Positions 27,600-39,507 of a DNA stretch of 64,000 bases are shown in pieces. Below the pieces are notes generated by a model. It did not search any database. It was not told the origin of the DNA and saw nothing but the letters and a program-made list of their open reading frames with translations. The first letter of the stretch is position 1; each line of letters begins with the position of its first letter. A program made the translations under genes and the position numbers. This stretch comes from Macrostomum lignano (taxonomy: Eukaryota), in assembly GCA_002269645.1 (NCBI GenBank), contig NIVC01001070.1:1-64000 (forward strand), read 5' to 3'.

Positions 27600-28020
27600 T
27601 GGTTGTTAATTTCAATGCATCAACTTGCAGGCCTCTCACTGTAGCTGGTGTTGAATGTACACCTTATGAATTTGAATGCTTTAAAGCAGGAATGTTCAAT
27701 CGTTGTTTGCGCTTCGAGTTTTTCACTTTCAGAAGAGAGCCTTGTATTGCTGGAAAGAGCTAGAAACGCTGAGTTCGGGAATATAATTTGTTTGCTGAGA
27801 TTCGAAAAATTAAGAGCACAGCATTGAAAAGAAGATTTCTATGCTTTTCACTTTATATACTTATTGTACACTCTCCCATATCGCAAACCCCTACTCCACG
27901 ATTCAAGCCAGCGCCATTTGATTTAGATTTAGATTGCGTAACCATTTTGTTGACTTTAATTGTTGACTTTAATAATTGAAACTGATATTGACTGCTGCCT
28001 GAGAAATTGATTGCTTCGAG
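27600..28020 (+). mobile_element. Diverged copy of the internal module of the 1-24 kb array units
   Basis: Shares ordered blocks (AATTTCAATGCATCAACTTGC, AATGCTTTAAA, TATTGCTGGAAAGAGC, ACGCTGAGTTCGGG, GATTTAGATTGCG) with e.g. 210-640. Confidence 0.8.
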
Positions 28021-28098
28021 TGATTTCTATTCTATGCTTGGAGTTTTCAGTGTTGAATTATATTATAAGTGCTAAAATTCATGTCATCAAAGCGATGA

Positions 28099-28154
28099 GA
28101 GCTAGCCTAGAGGTGAACAGACTGAACTGCTAATGCAGCGACGTGGGTTCGAAT
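28099..28154 (+). pseudogene. tRNA-derived (SINE-like) Pol III promoter remnant
   Basis: A-box-like TAGCCTAGAGG at 28103 and B-box GGTTCGAAT at 28146, with tRNA-like spacing. There is no 3' acceptor arm. Confidence 0.35.
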
Positions 28155-28346
28155 TTTTAGAGAGTAAAAGTTTTTTATTAAAAAGTTTAATTTCAAGACA
28201 GTTAAAGGAAACTTAAAAAAACGTCAGGTAAATCAGGTAAAAGAGAAGAAGCTACGAGCGTTCATATAGTATATTCAATTTTTTTATTAAACTTTCAATT
28301 TTGAAAAGGATTATTGCACTAGATAAGAAATTAATTATTGTACTAG

Positions 28347-30950
28347 CTGAGGAAATCGTTTTACTATCTCGCTTGGGGTACTTTCTATCAGGGGATGCTT
28401 GCTATCGGAAGGACGCTTGCTCTTAAGGGAGGGATGCTTGCTCGGGGGAGATTGCTAAGATGTCAAAACATACTGGGGAATTATTCAGATATGCAGGCTT
28501 ACTGGGGGAATTACTGAGATGTCAAGGCTTAAGAGGAAATTGCTGAGATTTCAAGGCGTGGGGGGAATTTCTGAGTTGTCAGGGCTTTGGACTGGGAGAA
28601 ATTGCTAAGATGCGAAGACTTACTGGGGGAATCACTGAGATGTAAAGGCTTATAGGGGGAATTGCTGAGATGTTAAGGCTTGGGGGGATTTCTGAGATAT
28701 AAAGGCTTAAGGGGGAACTGCTGGCGTGGGGGGAATTTCTAAAATATCAAGTCTTGGGGGAGGGGAATTGCTGAGATTTCAAAGCTTAAGAGGGAACTGC
28801 TGAGATAGCAAGGCTTTGGACGGGGAAAAATTGGTAAGATGTCAAAACTTACTGGGAGAATCACTGAGATACAAAGGCTTACTTGGAGGACTGCTGAGAT
28901 GTCAAGGCTTGGGGAAAATTTATGAGATGTCAAGTCTTGGGAGGGGGGAATTCCTGAAATTTCAAGTCTTGAGAGCGTATTGCTGGGATAAAGCTTAAGA
29001 GAGAATTACTGAGGTGTCAAGGCTTGGGGGGAATTGTTGAGATGTCAATTCTTGGGGGGAATTCTATGGATTGGGGATTCTTTCCACAAGGGCTGCTTCT
29101 AATGGATATCTTTAGATAGGTGATTCATTGGGAAATTCCTTCGATGGGGGATTCTTTCGATGGAGGGTTCTTTGAATGGGGGATTCTTTAGATGAAGGAT
29201 TCATTCGATAAAGGGATCCTTTTGGATATGGGATTGTTTGGACGGGGACTCTTTAGATGAGTCTTCGGATAGGGGATTCTATCGATGGGAGGTTTTTTGG
29301 ATGGGGGATTCTTTGCATGTGAGATTCTTTGTATCGTGGATTCTATGGGTGGTGGATTCTTTGGATGGGAGATTATTTATATGGGAGATTCAGTTGGGTG
29401 AAATTTTATTGTGTGGGAAAACTGTGGTTGGAGTTTGGATGAAAAGCCCAAACGGGGGTTGGAATTGGCTAGCTGAGGAAATTGTTTCACTCATCTTGCT
29501 GGGGGTACTGTCTATCAAGGGATGCTTGCTATCAGAAGGACGCTTGCTCTTGGGGGATGCTTGCTCGGAAGAGAATTCTATGATGTCAAGATTTACAGGG
29601 GAATTATTGAGATACATGTATAAAATCTTACCTTAAGAGAGACTTGCTGAGATGCCAAGGCTTGTGAGGGGAATTGCTAGATGTCAAGTCTTAGGGGTAA
29701 ACTGCTGAGATGTAAGTCTTAGGGGTAAACTGCTGAGATGTCAAGTCTTAGGGGTAAACTGCTGAGATGTCTAATCTTGTCGCCGTCGGGGAATTGCTGA
29801 GATTCCAAGGCTTAAGAGGGACTTGCTCAAATGTCAAAGCTTGGGGGAATCAAGGCTCAAGAGGGAGTTCCTGAGATGTCAACTTTTGGGAAGGAGAATT
29901 ACTCAGATGTCAAGGCTTGGGGGATTGCTGAGATGTGAAGGCTTAAGAAGGAATTGCTGCGGTGTCAAGTATTGGGAGGGAAATCGCTGAGATGCCAAGG
30001 CTTTGGACGGGGAGAAATTGCTAAGATGTCAAGACTTACTGGAAGAATTACTGAGATATGAAAGCTTACTGGGGGATTACTGATATGTCAAGGCTTGGGG
30101 AGGGGAATTACTGATATGTCAAGTCTTGGGGAGGGGAATTACTGATATGTCAAGGCTTGGGGAGGGGAATTACTGAGAAGTCAAGGCTTTGGACGGGGAG
30201 AAATTGGTAAGATGTCAAGGCTTGCGCCGGAATTGCTGAGATGTCAATGCTTGGGGGAAAGTTCTGAGGTGTCGAGGCTTGGGGGAATGGCTGAGATGTT
30301 AAGTCTTGGGGGCAATTCTATGGATTGATGATTCTTTGGATGAAGGATGCTTTTAATGTATATCTTTGATTCATTGAGGAATTCCTTCGATGGGGCATTG
30401 TTTCGATGGAGGATTTTTTGAATCGGGGATTCTTTAGATAAAGGATTCTTTTGATGGGGGATATTTGGACGGGGTTCTTTAGATGGGGAAATTATTTGGC
30501 CAAGAATTCTATTGATAGGTGGATTATCTGGATGGGGATTATTTGGACGGGGTTCTTTAGATGAGGAAATTCTTTGGCCAAGAATTCTATTGATAGGGGG
30601 ATTATTTGGATGGGAGATTCTTTGGATTATTTGGATGGGGATTTGTGGATGGGGATTATGATATGAATTATTTGGGGGGATTCTTTGGATATGGATGGAT
30701 GGAGGATTCTTTGAATGGGGATTCTGTGGATGGGGATTTCTTGAGTAGGGGATTCATTGGATGGGGAATCCTTCAGATGGGAGGATTCCTTGAAAGAGGA
30801 ATTCTTCGGATCGGTGATTCTATCCATGGGGGTTCTTTGGATAGGGGATTCTTTGCATGTGAGATTTTTTGCATCGGAGATTTTGTGGATGTGGAAAACT
30901 GTGATTGGAGTTTGGACGCAAAGCCCCAACGGGGGTTGGAATTGGCTAGT
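28347..30950 (+). mobile_element. Two diverged tandem segments (28347-29472 and 29473-30950), each ending in a Helitron-like hairpin plus CTAG
   Basis: Both start CTGAGGAAAT..., contain GGGGAATTGCTGAGATGTCAAGGCTT-like and GGATTCTTTGGATGGGG-like subrepeats, and end AAGCCC(C/A)AACGGGGGTTGGAATTGGCTAG. Confidence 0.6.
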
Positions 30951-31006
30951 AATAATAACTAACTGAGAGACCTAGTCAAGCCATACACATAACTAACTAT
31001 CTGACA

Positions 31007-31492
<486 letters not shown>

Positions 31493-31985
31493 CTCTAGTG
31501 CGCGTTCAGCTACACGCGCTACTCTGTGTGAGTTGCTGCCTCTCTCTCGAATGTGGGAACTCTGACTATGGACCTGGGGTCTCAGCTTCCCAATAGGTTA
31601 GGCTGCAGGCGAGCGTTTCTAAGTAAGAGGCGCACAACAATATCCATCTAGCTGTTGATATTTTCGTCTGCGCAGGTATGATTTCATTAGCATTTTAGAC
31701 CGAAAAATTATTTTGATCAAGAGCTCAGGAGAGCTGCCAGTATCAATAGCGGCAATGGATGCAGCTGATGGATTTCATCCGGGGCCGATTCAGCTGTGAC
31801 GGCCCGCTGGCTCACACAGGCAGCGAAGCAAAGCAGCTCCGCTAGACTGAATCAATCGGCTTCTCCCTGCCAGATTCTGCCTCACCTGAGCTTCCGCCTG
31901 CAGTCTCAGGGGCTCGATTTGTAAAAACAGTCGAAGTTAATTAGCTTTCGGTTGATTTCTTTTTGAGATTCAAATATTACCTTTT

Positions 31986-32807
31986 CAGGGCTTGCACCGC
32001 TCCTGAGTGTCCTTTAGGACTGGCACTGCTCCTGAGTGTCCTTCAGGACTCGCACCGCTCCTGAGTGTCCTTCAGGACTGGCACCACTCCTGGGTGTCCT
32101 TTAGGACTGGCACTGCTCCTGAGTGTCCTTCAGGACTGGCACCACTCCTGGGTGTCCTTTAGGACTGGCACTGCTCCTGAGTGTCCTTCAGAACTGGCAC
32201 CGCTCCTGAGTGTCCTTCAGGACTGGCAACGCTCCTGAGTGTCCTTCAGGATTGGCACCGCTCCTGAGTGTCCTTCAGGACTCGCACCGCTCCTGAGTGT
32301 CCTTCAGGACTGGCACCGCTCCTGAGTGTCCTTCAGGACTGGCACTGCTCCTGAGTGTCCTTCAGAACTGGCACCGCTCCTGAGTGTCCTTCAGGACTGG
32401 CAACGCTCCTGAGTGTCCTTCAGGATTGGCACCGCTCCTGAGTGTCCTTCAGGACTCGCACCGCTCCTGAGTGTCCTTTAGGACTGGCACTGCTCCTGAG
32501 TGTCCTTCAGGACTGGCACCGCTCCTGAGTGTCCTTTAGGACTGGCACCGGTCCTGAGTGTCCTTCAGGACTGGCACCGGTCCTGAGTGTCCTTCAGGAC
32601 TGTCACCGCTCCTGAGTGTCCTTCAGGACTCGCACCGCTCCTGAGTGTCCTTTAGGACTGGCACCGCTCCTGAGTGTCCTTTAGGACTGGCACCGGTCCT
32701 GAGTGTCCTTCAGGACTGGCACTGCTCCTGAGTGTCCTTTAGGACTGGCACCGGTCCTGAGTGTCCTTCAGGACTCGCACCGCTCCTGAGTGTCCTTCAG
32801 GACTGGC
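31986..32807 (+). repeat. 29-bp minisatellite (GGACTGGCACCGCTCCTGAGTGTCCTTCA)n, about 28 copies
   Basis: Period 29 measured directly (GGACT at 32046 and 32075). There are no unique spacers. Confidence 0.97.
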
Positions 32808-34076
32808 TCCAGGGAACTCCAAGAGAATCGACCGTATTCCAGGGTCATTCATTCTTCCTCTTCGCTGTTGAGGGTGCGGAGCAGATCTCCTTGCTATTAC
32901 TCGGCACAAGTTCATCTCCCTCGGCACACACCGGATTTCTCCAACGTTTTCGGACCCGAGAACTAACGGCGCTACCCGCTACCTAAGGGCAACCGGGCGA
33001 GCGACCATCCACCCCCTGGACCACCGGATCTACTTGTTTCCAGCTAAGCCCTTTCTGGACTTCTGATTCAAGATTTCAAGCATGTACTAAAAGCCTTCGA
33101 TGCTCAACGGTGTTTTAAAGTCTTCAGATCGATTTCATCAAGTGAGCACTTGTTCTGCATCATGACCGCACAAACAGCTTCCCAAACAACATCAAAACCA
33201 ATAGGTCGAGCAGACAGCTGATCCGGTCACCCGTGGCGAGTTCGCGTGTGCAGCTGTAACGGATTTATCTAGAGTCCCTTTTGGCGTCATGTAGAGGCTC
33301 TGCAGCTGGGCTCCGCTAATACAGGGCCTGGGTCTTGACGTCTTTGATTGCTGCATAACTATATTAAAAGAGAATCCAAATTGTACAACATCCAACACAC
33401 AAAAATAAATGGCACAAAATCTTTTCAATCAATCATTCAATCTCGTGAAGCATTCATTTCACACATCCACTGAAAAAAACTTGAGTACTTAAACTGGCAA
33501 AAAAACCAAGATATTATTTAATCCAACGAATTACATTATTCATTACATTATTCATTATCTGCCAGAGAACAGTATGATTAGGTCCACAAAATGACTAAAA
33601 AACTTTCATTTCTTTGAAACAAGGAATTACATTGAATTAAAAGGTACATTGAAAGGTGAGTAAGTATCAGGACTCTAAGCCAGAATTCAAAGAGAGAACT
33701 GCGTGCTTTGCCAAAACTTGAACATGCGCAGCTTACGGCCAGCCGCTCATATCCGAACAGCATGAAATTTGAGTCTCCAACAGGACGCAAAGCTTTCGGG
33801 AGGAAAGCAGAGGGCAATAAATAATTGTGACACGACAAATTTCTCTGGCTGACTTCCGCTTCTACAATGTCTTGAACACAGAAGCGCATTCGCAAAGACT
33901 ATCAAGGAAAGATTACGAGGTATTGAAACGTTTTGATAAAAAAGGTTGTTAAATTTCTGGACAAGAAAATTGAAGCGAAAAAGTTTAAATTCTTTGACAT
34001 GATTTTTACCTCTAAATTGGGCTTCTTAAAGTTCGTCTTCTCTGCACAGTCGCAGCAGCACCTGTCGCATTCGCAC

Positions 34077-34846
34077 TCAGCGGCGGACAAAGAAGTCGCC
34101 GCTGCTGGCGCTGCTGAGCGCGGCCGGGACCGCAGCGAACTCCAGCAGGTGGCACAGGCGCTGCAGCTGGCTAAAGATCACCGCTTGGCAACCGGAGCGA
34201 CACCGGTACAAGCACTCGGGCAGCCCAGCACACTGCAGTGTTCTGAAGGCGGGCGCATCCGGGAAGCTCAGCTCAACGAACGTCCGGTTACCGGGGACGA
34301 ACACGTTCCGGTCTGCAGATGTAGAATGGGGCCAGTTGCATTAACACCAAAGATTTCTACACAAAAAGCAAATTTTACTTTTAACCTACTCATGCAAGCG
34401 TCTTCTGAACTGCCCGTGTAACTCAGCCGGAGCACCCGGTTTCGAAATTCGCCTCCGCAGTTCTGGCCCCAGTTCCCACCGCAGACATGGCCGCACTCCC
34501 AGTAAGGAGCAGCGCCCAGCGACCCGTAGGAGTTGCCGCAGTGGCACCAGAATGCCGACTGCAGTGCCGCGAACTGGAAGCCGCCCAGAGCGCAGACGCT
34601 GCTGCACAGCTCGTGAGTCATCTGGCTGCTGCCGACAAAAGCGGTACCGGATTCGTATACCGGAGATACCTCGGAGCTGCCAATCCGGGTGATGCCAACG
34701 TTCTTCATGTCACTGACGGCTCTCGTTCCATTCGTGTATTCAAAGAAGCAGCCGAGATCCGAGATGTGGAACTGGCGGCAGAGAGCGGCGCAGATGAGGC
34801 AGCTCATGATCGGAGCGCAGAAGCAGGTCCTGTACAGAGCCGGCAT
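34077..34846 (-). CDS. Secreted WSC-domain plus PAN/Apple-like domain protein, 230 aa; complement(join(34077..34312,34390..34846))
   Basis: Hydrophobic, Cys-rich N-terminus, then WSC motifs (LGCFFE...MTHELCSSVC...FAALQSAFWCHCGN...CGHVCGGNWGQNCGG). A 77-nt GT-AG phase-1 intron (34313-34389) joins in frame to a C-x3-C...C-x2-C...VIF...CHL PAN/Apple-like exon. Confidence 0.8.
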
Positions 34847-36181
34847 GGCAGGCTGATTTCCAGTGCGATTTTCAGAGAAAATTGGCGGAGTTCGGACTCA
34901 AAGTAGAGAGAGAGCGGATTCGCAGCGAGAGGCCTCATCGCAGCTGTTTCAAGCGTATTATATTTGCTAGCACAGAGACAATGGGCCTTCAATACAGAAC
35001 CCATGACGGGTTCGCACAGCCGCGCGAGCCCTGATTGGAATCCGTTGGCTGCAGCCATTGCGTCAAAGCCAACAGGTGTGAATGAAAAATAGATTTAAAT
35101 CCATGAATTCCTGGGCTGCAGTTTCAGAAATATTTGCAGCAACAAAGCTTGCTGTGGGCCCTTCATCAAGGATGAGTTAGCACATATGAAATAACTGAGC
35201 GTCTAATTCAGACGCACAAGGATTTGTTGCACACCTTTGCGGCTCGCATATACTCGCGTTAGACGAGGCCAAGTAAGAAAAAAAGGGAAGTGAAGTGGCG
35301 CGCTTTATTCACTATAAATAATTTACATAATATAGAGAGAGCGATCGAGACAGTCCAATCAGAGGCTTCTGACGGACTGGTGCAAGGATTTTGCTAGAAC
35401 TAGAACCTGGACTAGAAACTTTTTTGTGGGGGCGAACTATCTTAGAAATAATAGGAAATTACTCGATCATATACGGCCCTGTTTGCACTTGCAAAACAAG
35501 TTCATTAGGTACCGAACCAAATGGTAGGGTATTCTACAGGTATACTTACACAATCCATACTGATACCCACAAAGAACGGAAGAAAAGACCCCAACTTGGA
35601 TCAACCAAGTTCTTCGAAAACTCTTCGATATATTTCTGAATTATAAGAATAGAATAGAGGCAAAATTTGTGTTGCAAACCGCCGTAGACAACACGAGTAA
35701 TATTCAGGGCACAACACATTTTGTTGACGAGGCCCACAACCAAGAGCATGCACTAAAAAGAATCGGATGCTACCACCGCGAGTCAGCTTGAAATACAATT
35801 AAAACAGCACCCAAATACCACAGTGACTCGTTCGATGGTCCTGAAAAGCACATCGACTGTAGGACTGTAGGTCCGAATTCGAAAATCCCCACATTTCCGT
35901 CCTATTCACCGTCTAATATTTTCGGGGGGACTTAAACTAAGCGATTCAAAATATTCCACGATTCGTCTTCCGCGACGACCAAACTCGTTTGCTACTCACC
36001 CCTTACTATCCAATGCCTACAAGGAAGCTTCGAAGTGTCTGTATCTAAGGTAATCGTCGAAGACCTCTGAACGTGTCCTGAGGATGCACACCCAAAAAGA
36101 CAACACCAAACAATCCCATACATAGATTTTTAATAATTGACCGCAAAAATCTATCACTGACACCCTGCAACATATTCAGCT

Positions 36182-36503
36182 TCACTTCCATGCTGTACCC
36201 GGCACGACGTCGCGAAGCTCCGTGATCTGCAGCTGCTTGTCAAATAGACAGCCGAATATTAAATTGTAGACAACGCTTGTTGCTTGAGCGAAGCATCCCA
36301 TCATGACACCCATCATATCGTCCTTGCAGATACAAGCCCAACTGCTGCAGCAGATAGGCATATTCTTTGAGACAACTACCTGCACCAAAATTCGTCTGCA
36401 GATCTGCAGTCTGCGAAGGGACGGACGCTTTATTCACAAACACACCAATGCTGTTGACATTTGCATGTTCAAAATTGAACTGATTTGTATCCATACTTAA
36501 CGC
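36182..36503 (-). pseudogene. Decayed C-terminal fragment of a second, divergent Polinton major capsid gene
   Basis: TNQFNFEHANVNSIGVFVN...EYAYLLQQLG aligns with HNPFNFEPFGADSVALYKD...EYAMLLKSLG of the intact MCP. After a deletion/frameshift, FAQATSVVYNLIFGCLFDKQLQITELRDVV* aligns with FSAALAAGINVLVFGYFDNTVQITRGRQVI. Confidence 0.7.
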
Positions 36504-36529
36504 TCTCCTCAGCTTGAAAGGCTGTACAC

Positions 36530-36965
36530 CGAGTTTAACTGCCGCTCCAGCGTAGCCGTCAGCGTCCAAGTCTCGGCGTAGGACGGTTTCGACCACCGCC
36601 TGCCACATCACTGAGCCTTCTGGCGGTCGGGCAGCGCTTCGGACTGGAGGACGGCTCGGATCGAACGGAAAGCCGCCCAGGCAAGTCCTCTGCGCCGCCG
36701 GACGTCCTTTCTAATCGTGGGGCACCACACCGCCGAGGTAGGTAACCGCTGGCAGCGTGCGAGCTTGATCGTTTGCCCGTCTGCGCCGCGGCAAGTCAGG
36801 TCCGCTGGGATGTCGGCCGGCAAGAACATTCAGCACCTCAATCTTCAGGGTGATGAAAACCAGACCGACGCTCGATGCCACCTCGACCAGCCTGCCGATT
36901 TGCTGCTGAGCGTCTTCAACGGACGAGGACAGGAGGGCGAGGTCGTCGGCGTAGCCAAACACGTT
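36530..36965 (-). pseudogene. Non-LTR retrotransposon (RTE-like) reverse transcriptase fragment, frameshifted
   Basis: YADDLALL catalytic motif, YLGG motif, then DVRRRRGLAWAAF...QAVVETVL thumb-region motif, spread over three frames. Confidence 0.85.
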
Positions 36966-37552
36966 CGGAGCGCTTTTCGCCGTGGTGGCGACTGATGCGT
37001 CTGCGCAAATAAAGCAAGCTAGAAAACTAAAAGGGAATTAAGAGAGTAGAAAATGAGATAAAATTGCAAAATTGGCCCGTTTACAGTGGGTTTGTGCAGA
37101 TGAGCAAAAGTGGAAGGGACAGCTAGCGGTCCCATGTACTGGAAGGGTACGTATCCAGCGGTTGGACCCGACATTTAGTCCAGGTGGAGCAATCAGATGA
37201 AAGGGAGGCCAACCCGAAGCAAAATAAATTCACGCTTTACGGGTCCTCAGTTAATGTAGGCCCTGAATAAAGAGCCATTGACCTGCGAGTTTTTGTCATT
37301 TTGTAATTCATAAATTATTTATGATTCATTGTTTATATCTCATCTCCGCCCTCTTAGAAACACCGCGGCTTCGGCGGCAAGGGGTCAATATAGGGGAGCA
37401 AACAAACACTTAGCATCAAATTTACTCCTACTAAACATTGATTGATTTCGATTTTAAACCGCACGCTTCACGGGTCCCCGAGTAAGTGTAGTGGCCCTTA
37501 AAAGGGATGTTTGAAGGATTTACCCGTTGCTTCTTCAAGCGAGTTTTTCAAA

Positions 37553-37684
37553 AGGTTCATGTTGAGAAGGATTCACATTGAGAAGGCTTCATGTTGAGAA
37601 GGTTTCATGTTGAGAAGGTTTCATGTTGAGAAGGTTTCATGTTGAGAAGGATTCATGTTGAGAAGGTTTCATGTTGAGAAGGAT
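37553..37684 (+). repeat. 16-bp satellite (CATGTTGAGAAGGTTT)n, left part (about 8 copies)
   Basis: Period 16 (GAGAAGG at 37564, 37580, 37596); interrupted by the Polinton-like element. Confidence 0.95.
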
Positions 37685-38279
37685 ACTACGTAACGCGTAG
37701 ATTGTTGTTGATTTTGGAGGTGAGGTGGGTGTCAGAGCCAATGCAAATTCAACGCCTATCTAAATACATTAGACCGATTCTAATTGGTCCAGAGTCATTA
37801 TGTGAGACATTTATACTCTCATGTAAAATCTATACATGTAATCAGTGTACACTGTATCGTACAGCAGCGACGAGTACAATATAGTACGCATAATTAGCGC
37901 TTCACAGTTGTTGTACGCAGAAGCGCGCGCGCCCCCATCCCCACACAATGCAGCATTGGTGTACGCAGAATTAACTGTCCATATTAACTGTCCATATACC
38001 AAAAATTGGCAGAATTAGAGCGCCCACCCACCCCATAACTGTCCATATTATTACTTGTCCATATTTACTGTCCATCCCAAAATTGGTGTACGCGCAGAAT
38101 TGTAGCGCCCGCCCACCCCATAACTGTCCATATTATTACTTGTCCATATTTACTGTCCATATATACACCCAAAATTGGTGTACGCACAGAATTGTCTGTG
38201 ACCCCCACAAAATTGGCGGCCCCACGCGGAGGCATGATGAGTCAGTCAGCCAGTAAATCGCCGCTGTCCACCCCTCTGC
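37685..38279 (+). repeat. Left terminal inverted repeat (595 bp)
   Basis: Reverse complement of 47318-47827, plus an internal ~85-bp tandem duplication (~38010-38186). Confidence 0.95.
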
Positions 38280-38868
38280 CCTGCGCTGGCCGCTATAGCT
38301 ACCTGCAGCAGTGTTACGCAACAACCCGGTCGAGCCACAATGCTAACTTTATAGCCAGACACGTCATCAAGGTCTGAAAACACAAACTTCTATGCATGAA
38401 ATATTCTCGTTTAACAAGATGCCAAACCAATTTTGTTCAGACAGCAAACTATAAATAAGAAAATTTGGATTCTCGGCCGTTTATCTAAATTCACCAAGTT
38501 CAATTAACAACCCAATCATGTGGAAAACGCAGTGTTGACAAGCAATTTTTGGTTGCCAAAGCACAAGAGGATCAGACCGACAAAGCATGAACTGCCAACA
38601 ACTTGGAGCAAGGATTTCAACACACCTCCAACGCCAGCACCGAAAATAGGTACAAGTCTCATTTTTTCTGGAATCCTCGATAACGACAACACCGTAAAAA
38701 GCTCGTTAACATGTAATTAAAACAAAAACTTATTGAGACTCTCGGGTATATAAGCACCAACCCGGAGCACCAAGCACCCGTACCTGCAAATTTTTCTCGT
38801 ATTCTCGGCAGTTTTTCAAGCTCGAATAACATCCCCACCACTAGTAGTGCGAACAACGCAGCAAGTGC

Positions 38869-39375
38869 TTGACAAGAAATGAGCTGGATTTCCAGAGACT
38901 ACCCCTATTATCGAACGAGGAAAAAGACGAATATGAGGCCTTGAAAAAATCTGCTGACTGGTTGTGCATTTGCCACAGCAAACCGATTTCCGAGCGATTA
39001 GTCACCTTCAATGCCAAGGTCGAGGAAATTGATCAAGGCCCCTACGACAGCCAAGACTACGCAGCAGCCAGGATAAATGAGCAACTACGGGACAAAATGA
39101 GATTCAAAGCTGATTTAGCACGAATGGAGAGATTACTGGCTCCGATACTAAGTGAAGAGCATCGCCAAAAAATACGTTTTCGGAACCATCAAGATCTGTA
39201 TAATCCGTCGTGGGAGGAGCAACAAAAGATTTGGAATTTTTGGCTGCCAAAGCACAAGAGGAACAGGCCGCCAAAGCTTGAACTACCAGCAACTTGGAGC
39301 AAGGATTTCAGCACACCTCCAACGCCAGCACCCGAAAATAGGAACAAAAGGTTCATTTTTCCGGAATCTCGATAA
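38869..39375 (+). CDS. Element ORF1, unknown function (no in-frame ATG start; possibly a fragment)
   Basis: 168-codon open frame with protein-like composition inside the element; its 3' part is duplicated at 38544-38700. Confidence 0.45.
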   Translation: MTRNELDFQRLPLLSNEEKDEYEALKKSADWLCICHSKPISERLVTFNAKVEEIDQGPYDSQDYAAARINEQLRDKMRFKADLARMERLLAPILSEEHRQKIRFRNHQDLYNPSWEEQQKIWNFWLPKHKRNRPPKLELPATWSKDFSTPPTPAPENRNKRFIFPESR

Positions 39376-39507
39376 CGACAACTCTGTAAAAAGCTCGTTA
39401 TCGTGTAATTAAAACAAAAACTTATTGAGACTCTCGGGTATATAAGCACCAGCCCGGAGCATCTGCAAGCGCCCGTACCTGCAAATTTTTCTAAACAGAC
39501 AAGAGAC

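Noticed and set aside
31986-32807. 29-bp repeats as a CRISPR array
   Set aside because: Units are directly adjacent with no unique spacers, there are no cas genes, and the context is eukaryotic.
34804-35058. 84-aa ORF as an upstream part of the WSC gene
   Set aside because: It is out of frame with the WSC ORF, whose own ATG (34846) already gives a signal-peptide-like start.
37100-37500. Twister/HDV-like ribozyme upstream of the RTE fragment; also a ~35-bp imperfect direct repeat at 37231 and 37462
   Set aside because: Only isolated words (AAAAGTGGAAGGG, GGTCCCA) resemble twister strands and I could not build the paired core; an Infernal/Rfam scan would settle it.
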